Of a stretch of 64,000 bases of DNA, positions 34,548 to 45,901 are shown piece after piece. The position numbers and the translations under genes are program-made. The notes under the pieces were generated by a model. It made no database searches. It was not told where the DNA came from and was given only the letters and a program-made list of their open reading frames with translations. Location of the stretch: positions 15,996,001 through 16,060,000 of the forward strand of contig OZ059899.1 in assembly GCA_964057225.1 (NCBI GenBank), written 5' to 3'. The stretch comes from Auanema rhodensis (Eukaryota; Animalia; Nematoda). How positions within the stretch are numbered: position 1 is the stretch's first letter; each line of letters starts with the position of its first letter.

Positions 34548-36233
34548 TTTTTTTTCTTTCTTTCTTTTCTTTTCTTTTGGTTCTAACCTTAAAATAAATG
34601 TCCAAAGGCCGCAAAAGTACAAAGGGGACGACATGAATAAAGTTTTTTTGAAGATTCTAGAGCAGTAAGAAAACAAAATTAGAGGAAAGTGCAAGAGCGG
34701 ATAAAAATAGTTTTTGCGAAGAGATAAACATCATTAACTATAATAAGCTTACGGTAGATAGGCGGAGTCAGATTCCTGGCCAGAATTTGAAAAACTCCCT
34801 CTCATTTACCCTCCGCATCGCCCAGCAAAGCATGACTATCCTATTGCTCCCGAATCTTTCTCTCTCCCAACACACATCTAAAAGAATCTTACGCACCTTA
34901 CGTCAACATCCCACACGTAGCTCACCATTCTCGGTTTTTCCAAACCAAGAGTCCTATAAAGGTGGCCAAAAGATTCTCATCGGTTTTCCGAGCCCTTTAC
35001 TCGTCCGATACCAACAGTGACGCTACTGTCGCAAGTCGTCGCAGAAGCGGTACCCGACTTCTTAGTGTTCAAATAGAAAAACCGCACCAACCAGCCGAGA
35101 AGCCGAAGCCGCAAGTCGACCAGTTTTATACTCCCCGAGAAGGAACATATTCACCTTCTGACGACACCTACGAAGATCCGGACTTCATCAAAGCCGACGA
35201 CAGAAAAAATTTTTATATACATTCTTTTCTTTTCTGTAAATTGTAAAATAAAGTAACGGTGAATTAGAAAACTTTTTGATGAGAGATTAAGTGAGTAAAC
35301 AACCAAAAATAAGGAATAAGTGAAAATATAATAGAAATAAATGGCTACCGTAATCCTATACGACCGATAGAGATAATATTTTGCGCTAAACTGAGCTCCA
35401 TATGTATCTCCAAGAAGAGACGAACATTGGCAGGCGCCTAAGCCACACCCCATCTGAGTGGTAGCCTCCATTAGTACTCAAGGATTCATTTAGAGAGACA
35501 TATGGAGACGAGTAAATTATTAACTAAAATTATCCCCATCATCATTAGGATACGAGTAACCATGTACGCGAAATGTTTAATAATTCCTTATTGTCTCACA
35601 TAAATCACACATTCATGAAACAAAGAAAAATTTTTTTTTATTACAGTACTACAGTGACGAAATTTATTTTCTAATCCTCCGTTACAAAATAACGTAAAAC
35701 CTATTATTGTATTCAAATTCTATCTTAATACCATAAAGAAACCTATTAAAACTATTTATATATCTTTCTACATGTAGATTTTAAAACTTTTAATTTTATT
35801 TGTAAACTCCTAGACTCTAAAACTCAGCTACATATACACTAAAAACACTTTATATCGCGCGGACGCGAAAAATCTTTGAAAAAGGGCACGTTCCATTCGG
35901 ACTCCCCATATATGTAGCTGAAGGGTTAGAGCCAGACGACCAGAGGACCGAGGAATGGCTCCGCCTTCCCTCGTTCCCTTGGTCGGGAGTTCGCCTCTTA
36001 GCAAGCTCATGGACGGCTTGTAGTTTAGTCTTTATACTTATATTTATCTTATTGTATTGTATCTTTATCTTTGTATATTATTGTTGTAGTTTCAAGCCAA
36101 TAAATCTTTCTCTCTTTTATCTTATGATTGACCTTATGCTCTTTATTCCTTACCGCTACACCAAGGAATACTATGCGCGTCATAGTATAAACTACAATGG
36201 TTTATATTATCGACGCAGGAGCATAACGGAACG

Positions 36234-37478
36234 GAATGTCAAACAATATCTGATGAGAGTGGGATTCGAACCCACGCCTCCGAAGAGACTGGTGCCTAAA
36301 ACCAGCGCCTTAGACCGCTCGGCCATCTCACCTTGATGTGACTATTTCAGTCGTATGTTATATTCAAATTTGATCATCGTAGTAGGGTAAAAACAATTTT
36401 AGCTACGTTGGAATGTCAAAAAATAATCTGATGAGAGTGGGATTCGAACCCACGCCTCCGAAGAGACTGGTGCCTAAAACCAGCGCCTTAGACCGCTCGG
36501 CCATCTCACCATGATGTGACTATTTCAGTCGTATGTTATATTCAAATTTGATCATCGTAGTAGGGTAAAAACAATTTTAGCTACGTTGGAATGTCAAAAA
36601 ATATCTGATGAGAGTGGGATTCGAACCCACACCTCCGAAGAGACTGGTGCCTAAAACCAGCGCCTTAGACCGCTCGGCCATCTCACCATGATGTGACTAT
36701 TTCAGTCGTATGTTATATTCAAATTTGATCATCGTAGTAGGGTAAAAACAATTTTAGCTACGTTGGAATGTCAAAAAATATCTGATGAGAGTGGGATTCG
36801 AACCCACACCTCCGAAGAGACTGGTGCCTAAAACCAGCGCCTTAGACCGCTCGGCCATCTCACCATGATGTGGCATTTTCAGTCGTATGTTATATTTCAA
36901 TTTGATCATCGCAATAGGGTAAAAACAATTTTAGCAACGTTGGAATGTCAAAAAATAATCTGATGAGAGTGGGATTCGAACCCACGCCTCCGAAGAGACT
37001 GGTGCCTAAAACCAGCGCCTTAGACCGCTCGGCCATCTCACCATGATGTGACTATTTCAGTCGTATGTTATATTTGAATTTGATCATCGCAGTAGGGTAA
37101 AAACAATTTTAGCTACGTTGGAATGTCAAAAAATATCTGATGAGAGTGGGATTCGAACCCACGCCTCCGAAGAGACTGGTGCCTAAAACCAGCGCCTTAG
37201 ACCGCTCGGCCATCTCACCATGATGTGACTATTTCAGTCGTATGTTATATTTCAATTTGATCATCGCAGTGGGGTAAAAACAATTTCAGCTAAGTTGGAA
37301 TGTCAAAAAATATCTGATGAGAGTGGGATTCGAACCCACGCCTCCGAAGAGACTGGTGCCTAAAACCAGCGCCTTAGACCGCTCGGCCATCTCACCATGA
37401 TGTGACTATTTCAGTCGTATGTTATATTTCAATTTGATCATCGCAGTGGGGTAAAAACAATTTCAGCTAAGTTGGAAT
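36234..37478 (-). tRNA. tRNA-Leu array block 5, 7 genes, all TAG
   Basis: Same unit. The first gene has an interrupted terminator. Confidence 0.96.
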
Positions 37479-40400
37479 CGTTCCATTCGGACTCCCCATA
37501 TATGTAGCTGAAGGGTTAGAGCCAGACGACCAGAGGACCGAGGAATGGCTCCGCCTTCCCTCGTTCCCTTGGTCGGGAGTTCGCCTCTTAGCAAGCTCAT
37601 GGACGGCTTGTAGTTTAGTCTTTATACTTATATTTATCTTATTGTATTGTATCTTTATCTTTGTATATTATTGTTGTAGTTTCAAGCCAATAAATCTTTC
37701 TCTCTTTTATCTTATGATTGACCTTATGCTCTTTATTCCTTACCGCTACACCAAGGAATACTATGCGCGTCATAGTATAAACTACAATGGTTTATATTAT
37801 CGACGCAGGAGCATAACGGAACGTGGAGGTTCCACCTCGAACTCATCTTTTGAAAAAAAAAATTTTTTTTTTATTGTAAAAGTCCATTTTTGCATTCTAA
37901 ATTATAAATTCCTCCACTTGAAACAACAAAATGAAGGCGCCAATTTGTTTTAAGGTACAGATACAAGGGATCTCGCTTAAATGCGAGATAGGACCAATAA
38001 AATTTTTGCCCGCCGTCCTCAATTTAAAACCGTCTGAATGTCCACCCTTTTCTTATCGTATCTTGTACCGCTTCTCATGCCATTTTGAGGACGTTTGGTT
38101 TGAAATAGAGGACAATTTCGCCAAACGAGAAATTATAATTGTTCACATTTTTTTTGGGCATAGAGAAGTTTGATTATTGGAACAAAAATTTATAAGACGC
38201 GCGCAATTGATTATAGTTTGTATATTTTGTGGTCAGGACTAGAATTTTGAAAAATTATTATATTCAGACGTAAAAGATCATTTTACATATTATTTTGCGG
38301 GAAACCAAAAACGGTTACATAAATTGAATATAAAAAGAGACCACACTAGTCCGAAAAAGCCTGGTAAATCTGCATTAAGACTTCTCAGCTCTTATTTGAC
38401 AGTCAGGTCAAGTTGGCGGAAGCATAACTGCTACGGATTTTATCCCCGTAGATTATGTCACCTTCCTCAAATCATTTCGTTGTTTCAACTCATAAGATAC
38501 CCCTTATCTCCTACAGTAATCCTAAGTAAATGGGAAATGTTTAAAAATAGACGTATTTTTCTCATTTTCAAAAAGAAATTTGCTTAGGAAAACGCACTTT
38601 TGCTTATTTTGATCAAGAAAAAGGACAGCCTTTTCAATAACTCTCCTCAAACCTCATTAGCATGCACAATGTCGAAAACATTTTGAGCAAAACATGTTAT
38701 TTAAGGGAAAAGGAATGAGGAAAAGCTTGAAAACATAAGTCCGTTTTCTTGACGAAAACAGAGCAAAGTGCACAAAAAAAAAATAAAAACACAGAGTACA
38801 AACTTTATTCAGTCAATACCCATATTTGATTTGCAACCGAGTTCGAAACTCAGAGGCAAGAAACATAGGAGTTTCGCTCGCAATTAAATCTTCACTATAT
38901 TCTAAACCTCGCGAAACCCTAAGTTCCAAACCAAATAATGAGTCATCATAAACAATATAGATTTTAAACAATAATCTATATAATAAATAATAATAAAAAT
39001 GACTCTTTTCCTGGTACCAGGCCCAAGGACGTGCGGTTAATAAACCGGCCCTACCATTATATACATGAGCGCATAGATCAACTAAGCACCTTCGACCAAC
39101 AAGCTCCACTTCGGGAGCTACATCTACGAAGGTGGCAAAGTTTATATAGCCCTGCCCCAAATAATACATTTGGAGATCTTCGATAAACTAAAGTAATCAA
39201 ATAATCAAACATAAAATGGAGATACACAAACCATCAAAATTATATCAGGATTTGGCCTATAAGCCAAAACTCCTTCTCCATCGTATTCAACGATGGATTC
39301 GTATAATTTCCACAGGACATAAGTCATGCCAGTGGGATTATAACGTTGGAAATCCATTTTTTTTTCTTTCTTTCTTTTCTTTTCTTTTGGTTCTAACCTT
39401 AAAATAAATGTCCAAAGGCCGCAAAAGTACAAAGGGGACGACATGAATAAAGTTTTTTTGAAGATTCTAGAGCAGTAAGAAAACAAAATTAGAGGAAAGT
39501 GCAAGAGCGGATAAAAATAGTTTTTGCGAAGAGATAAACATCATTAACTATAATAAGCTTACGGTAGATAGGCGGAGTCAGATTCCTGGCCAGAATTTGA
39601 AAAACTCCCTCTCATTTACCCTCCGCATCGCCCAGCAAAGCATGACTATCCTATTGCTCCCGAATCTTTCTCTCTCCCAACACACATCTAAAAGAATCTT
39701 ACGCACCTTACGTCAACATCCCACACGTAGCTCACCATTCTCGGTTTTTCCAAACCAAGAGTCCTATAAAGGTGGCCAAAAGATTCTCATCGGTTTTCCG
39801 AGCCCTTTACTCGTCCGATACCAACAGTGACGCTACTGTCGCAAGTCGTCGCAGAAGCGGTACCCGACTTCTTAGTGTTCAAATAGAAAAACCGCACCAA
39901 CCAGCCGAGAAGCCGAAGCCGCAAGTCGACCAGTTTTATACTCCCCGAGAAGGAACATATTCACCTTCTGACGACACCTACGAAGATCCGGACTTCATCA
40001 AAGCCGACGACAGAAAAAATTTTTATATACATTCTTTTCTTTTCTGTAAATTGTAAAATAAAGTAACGGTGAATTAGAAAACTTTTTGATGAGAGATTAA
40101 GTGAGTAAACAACCAAAAATAAGGAATAAGTGAAAATATAATAGAAATAAATGGCTACCGTAATCCTATACGACCGATAGAGATAATATTTTGCGCTAAA
40201 CTGAGCTCCATATGTATCTCCAAGAAGAGACGAACATTGGCAGGCGCCTAAGCCACACCCCATCTGAGTGGTAGCCTCCATTAGTACTCAAGGATTCATT
40301 TAGAGAGACATATGGAGACGAGTAAATTATTAACTAAAATTATCCCCATCATCATTAGGATACGAGTAACCATGTACGCGAAATGTTTAATAATTCCTTA

Positions 40401-41043
40401 TTGTCTCACATAAATCACACATTCATGAAACAAAGAAAAATTTTTTTTTATTACAGTACTACAGTGACGAAATTTATTTTCTAATCCTCCGTTACAAAAT
40501 AACGTAAAACCTATTATTGTATTCAAATTCTATCTTAATACCATAAAGAAACCTATTAAAACTATTTATATATCTTTCTACATGTAGATTTTAAAACTTT
40601 TAATTTTATTTGTAAACTCCTAGACTCTAAAACTCAGCTACATATACACTAAAAACACTTTATATCGCGCGGACGCGAAAAATCTTTGAAAAAGGGCACG
40701 TTCCATTCGGACTCCCCATATATGTAGCTGAAGGGTTAGAGCCAGACGACCAGAGGACCGAGGAATGGCTCCGCCTTCCCTCGTTCCCTTGGTCGGGAGT
40801 TCGCCTCTTAGCAAGCTCATGGACGGCTTGTAGTTTAGTCTTTATACTTATATTTATCTTATTGTATTGTATCTTTATCTTTGTATATTATTGTTGTAGT
40901 TTCAAGCCAATAAATCTTTCTCTCTTTTATCTTATGATTGACCTTATGCTCTTTATTCCTTACCGCTACACCAAGGAATACTATGCGCGTCATAGTATAA
41001 ACTACAATGGTTTATATTATCGACGCAGGAGCATAACGGAACG
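37479..41043 (+). mobile_element. Non-autonomous LTR element, copy 2 (LTRs at 37479-37823 and 40699-41043; PBS at 37824-37836)
   Basis: Near-identical to copy 1 at offset 4810-4811, including the flanks. Confidence 0.92.
38813..39357 (-). CDS. Second copy of the two-exon orphan gene (intron 39188-39231)
   Basis: Same sequence as 34003..34547. Confidence 0.7.
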
Positions 41044-41253
41044 GAATGTCAAACAATATCTGATGAGAGTGGGATTCGAACCCACGCCTCCGAAGAGACT
41101 GGTGCCTAAAACCAGCGCCTTAGACCGCTCGGCCATCTCACCTTGATGTGACTATTTCAGTCGTATGTTATATTCAAATTTGATCATCGTAGTAGGGTAA
41201 AAACAATTTTAGCTACGTTGGAATGTCAAAAAATATCTGATGAGAGTGGGATT
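41044..41253 (-). tRNA. One tRNA-Leu(TAG) (41061-41142) plus a broken 3' fragment at the inversion point
   Basis: The unit is cut at GGGATT and continues directly in the opposite orientation. Confidence 0.93.
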
Positions 41254-43988
41254 TGTTTTTACCCTACTGCTATGATCAAATTCAAATATAACATACGACT
41301 GAAATAGTCATATCATGGTGAGATGGCCGAGCGGTCTAAGGCGCTGGTTTTAGGCACCAGTCTCTTCGGAGGCGTGGGTTCGAATCCCACTCTCATCAGA
41401 TATTTTTTGACATTCCAACGTAGCTAAAATTGTTTTTACCCTACTACGATGATCAAATTCGAATATAACATACGACTGAAATAGTCACATCAAGGTGAGA
41501 TGGCCGAGCGGTCTAAGGAGCTGGTTTAAGGCACCAGTCTCTTCGGAGGCGTGGGTTCGAATCCCACTCTCATCAGATATTTTTTGACATTCCAACTTAG
41601 CTGAAATTGTTTTTACCCCACTGCGATGATCAAATTGAAATATAACATACGACTGAAATAGTCGCATCATGGTGAGATGGCCGAGCGGTCTAAGGCGCTG
41701 GTTTTAGGCACCAGTCTCTTCGGAGGCGTGGGTTCGAATCCCACTCTCATCAGACTATTTTTTGACATTCCAACGTTGCTAAAATTGTTTTTACCCTACT
41801 GCTATGATCAAATTCAAATATAACATACGACTGAAATAGTCACATCATGGTGAGATGGCCGAGCGGTCTAAGGCGCTGGTTTTAAGCACCAGTCTCTTCG
41901 GAGGCGTGGGTTTGAATCCCACTCTCATCAGATATTTTTTGACATTCCAACGTTGCTAAAATTGTTTTTACCCTATTGCGATGATCAAATTGAAATATAA
42001 CATACGACTGAAAATGCCACATCAAGGTGAGATGGCCGAGCGGTCTAAGGCGCTGGTTTAAGGCACCAGTCTCTTCGGAGGTGTGGGTTCGAATCCCACT
42101 CTCATCAGATATTTTTTGACATTCCAACGTAGCTAAAATTGTTTTTACCCTACTGCGATGATCAAATTGAAATATAACATACGACTGAAAATGCCACATC
42201 AAGGTGAGATGGCCGAGCGGTCTAAGGCGCTGGTTTAAGGCACCAGTCTCTTCGGAGGTGTGGGTTCGAATCCCACTCTCATCAGATATTTTTTGACATT
42301 CCAACGTTGCTAAAATTGTTTTTACCCTATTGCGATGATCAAATTGAAATATAACATACGACTGAAAATGCCACATCATGGTGAGATGGCCGAGCGGTCT
42401 AAGGCGCTGGTTTTAGGCACCAGTCTCTTCGGAGGTGTGGGTTCGAATCCCACTCTCATCAGATATTTTTTGACATTCCAACGTTGCTAAAATTGTTTTT
42501 ACCCTACTGCGATGATCAAATTCAAATATAACATACGACTGAAATAGTCACATCATGGTGAGATGGCCGAGCGGTCTAAGGCGCTGGTTTTAGGCACCAG
42601 TCTCTTCGGAGGCGTGGGTTCGAATCCCACTCTCATCAGATTATTTTTTGACATTCCAACGTTGCTAAAATTGTTTTTACCCTATTGCGATGATCAAATT
42701 GAAATATAACATACGACTGAAAATGCCACATCATGGTGAGATGGCCGAGCGGTCTAAGGCGCTGGTTTTAGGCACCAGTCTCTTCGGAGGTGTGGGTTCG
42801 AATCCCACTCTCATCAGATATTTTTTGACATTCCAACGTAGCTAAAATTGTTTTTACCCTACTACGATGATCAAATTTGAATATAACATACGACTGAAAT
42901 AGTCACATCATGGTGAGATGGCCGAGCGGTCTAAGGCGCTGGTTTTAGGCACCAGTCTCTTCGGAGGTGTGGGTTCGAATCCCACTCTCATCAGATATTT
43001 TTTGACATTCCAACGTAGCTAAAATTGTTTTTACCCTACTACGATGATCAAATTTGAATATAACATACGACTGAAATAGTCACATCATGGTGAGATGGCC
43101 GAGCGGTCTAAGGCGCTGGTTTTAGGCACCAGTCTCTTCGGAGGCGTGGGTTCGAATCCCACTCTCATCAGATTATTTTTTGACATTCCAACGTTGCTAA
43201 AATTGTTTTTACCCTACTACGATGATCAAATTTGAATATAACATACGACTGAAATAGTCACATCATGGTGAGATGGCCGAGCGGTCTAAGGCGCTGGTTT
43301 TAGGCACCAGTCTCTTCGGAGGTGTGGGTTCGAATCCCACTCTCATCAGATATTTTTTGACATTCCAACGTAGCTAAAATTGTTTTTACCCTACTACGAT
43401 GATCAAATTTGAATATAACATACGACTGAAATAGTCACATCATGGTGAGATGGCCGAGCGGTCTAAGGCGCTGGTTTTAGGCACCAGTCTCTTCGGAGGT
43501 GTGGGTTCGAATCCCACTCTCATCAGATATTTTTAGACATTCCAACGTAGCTAAAATTGTTTTTACCCTACTGCGATGATCAAATTCGAATATAACATAC
43601 GACATGAAATAGTCACATCAAGGTGAGATGGCCGAGCGGTCTAAGGCGCTGGTTTTAGGCACCAGTCTCTTCGGAGGCGTGGGTTCGAATCCCACTCTCA
43701 TCAGATATTTTTTGACATTCCAACGTAGCTAAAATTGTTTTTACCCTACTACGATGATCAAATTTGAATATAACATACGACTGAAATAGTCACAACATGG
43801 TGAGATGGCCGAGCGGTCTAAGGCGCTGGTTTTAGGCACCAGTCTCTTCGGAGGCGTGGGTTCGAATCCCACTCTCATCAGATTATTTTTTGACATTCCA
43901 ACGTTGCTAAAATTGTTTTTACCCTACTGCTATGATCAAATTCAAATATAACATACGACTGAAATAGTCATATCATGGTGAGATGGCC
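41254..43988 (+). tRNA. tRNA-Leu array block 7, about 15 genes, mostly TAG, one TAA
   Basis: Same subfamily variants as block 4, inverted. Confidence 0.96.
41849..41930 (+). pseudogene. tRNA-Leu(TAA) variant with mutated B-box
   Basis: Anticodon loop TTTAAGC at 41881-41887. T-loop reads GGTTTGAAT instead of GGTTCGAAT. Confidence 0.8.
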
Positions 43989-45901
43989 GAACACTTTTCA
44001 TGTATGCAACAGCTCCACAAAAAGAAAACATGCGAAACAGAAGGTTTTTTAAGAATTAAATTTTCATTTTTTTAACACATCATGTTCAATTAATAAAAAA
44101 TTCTTTTTCCTGATATTTTCCACTTCGCAAGGTTTACCAAGTATACCAAATTTACCAAGTTTACCAAAAAAATATCTTTATACTAAGTATACCAAAATAC
44201 AAAAAGTTGTAGTTTGAAATTGTATGTTTTTTCAAGGTAGTGATAATAATATCAGGAAAAAGAATTTTTTATTAATTGAACATGATATGTTAAAAAAATG
44301 GAAATTTAATTCTAAAAAAACCTTCTGTTTCGCATGTTTTCTTTTTGTGGAGCTGTTGCATACATGAAAAGTGTTCATTAAAGATGTTAAGTAATCGTTC
44401 TAACTGATCTTTTGATAATGATTTTCAAATTGCTGAGAGTGTGTGATGGATCAATATTGTAAATGAAATGAAATATTAAATTTTAAATATGCTAGTTTAC
44501 TGACCTTATTAATGCTCTTGTTGTTTGATTTTTGTAGCTACGGCACTTTATGAAAGTGAGTAGTAGCGTTCCTGTTGTCCCCCTGGCCCTGGTATCAGAA
44601 TCTCGTCATCTGAATCGGCTGTTGAGCTATAATGAAAATTGATTACAAATCGAGGTATTTGAAACCTATTCCATGTCGTAGTAGTTTCTCTTACGGTTCG
44701 TTTTCGAAAATTGAGAACCAAATCTTCTGTGATCAAACTTTGATCCGTCAGCTGGTCTCAATTGCTCAGCTTGTACATCTCGCACTGTTCTCTCATTTCT
44801 TTTTCGTTCCAGATTTTCCACGATCGCTCTTTTGTTCGTTTCGTTTTCTAACGATATGAAGACAGCTAGCCTGGAACAAAAATATAATATTTTGTTTCTC
44901 AAACTTAAGAAACCTGTGTTGGCATAGAGCATGCTTAGGGCAATTTCGTTGCGTGCATCCCGGACTGGAGCATACAAGCTCATTATTGGTCTCATTGACA
45001 CATCCCAATCTGGAATAACAATGATAAACTCAAAATAAAAAATCTTAGCTTATGCTCCCGTACTGTCCTTGGTGAAATATATGCCTGCCTTTGCAGCAGG
45101 AAATACTTCCAAACGCTGAACAGTTTCAAAAAACATGTCCGCATTGCTGGTCCCGACTGGCTCACTCATCCATGATGGATAGCTTGACAACGAATTTTCA
45201 AAAATGAAATCACTCAAACCGAAAAGTTTGAGCTTATTCATTTTTTCAATGCGTGTCATTACTAACCACTCATGGTTTTCAACATGAAAATGAGTGACCA
45301 GTTTGTCGGATTTCTGATGAACGGCTCCAATTCGTTCTTTAATTTCTTCTATAAAAAAATTACTAGTTATTTTCATTATGTTTTGATTACCTTCATGTAG
45401 TTGTAGCATTTTTTCTAGAACTTGATGAGCCGGAATAGGGTGAGGTATTCTAGCGTTCAATTGAGAATTCTTCGACTCCAACAAGCTTGTTGAAAAAAAT
45501 TGTTGGCTTTGCCCAGCTCTCAATTTTTGAATCAAACTATTGGTTTGATATAAATCGTCCTTGTTGGTAAGAAGCCTAAATTAAAAAAAAATAAAAGAAT
45601 TCAAAAAAAACCAACCATTGTCGAGTTCTTTCTCCACAATTCCTTACAATATCTTGGATTTTCCTTTCATATTCATCACGGTTTTGTGATGATAGAGCCC
45701 CTTTCCTCATGATCGTTCCATATTCAGTCTTAAAACATAAAAATAGTGTTTAAAAACAATATCAAGTATACCTCTTTTTTTCTTCCAAATATTTTATGGA
45801 GGATGTGTTCCTTTCTCTCAGCATCATCGTCCTTGCCGAATGTGCTTTTGATATTCTCCATTCGGTGCACGGAACATCTTAGCGGTACGGTACGGTACGA
45901 G
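43989..45901 (-). mobile_element. Full inverted copy of the 1.9-kb MULE-like insert (hairpin at 43989-44376)
   Basis: Reverse complement of 27825..29737 with identical junctions. The third splice donor is mutated GT>AT. Confidence 0.7.

Larger units (their letters stand above)
32668..36233 (+). mobile_element. Non-autonomous LTR element, copy 1 (345-bp LTRs at 32668-33012 and 35889-36233, TSD GAAT)
   Basis: Apparently identical direct repeats with CGTTCC...GGAACG ends. PBS abuts the 5' LTR, purine tract GAAAAAGGGCA precedes the 3' LTR, GAAT is duplicated on both flanks. No gag/pol ORF. Confidence 0.92.

Noticed and set aside
34962-35246. 94-aa + strand ORF inside the non-autonomous element, after a TATAAA
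   Set aside because: GTG start, no recognisable motif or supported splice structure. It could be a decayed coding remnant but cannot be supported.
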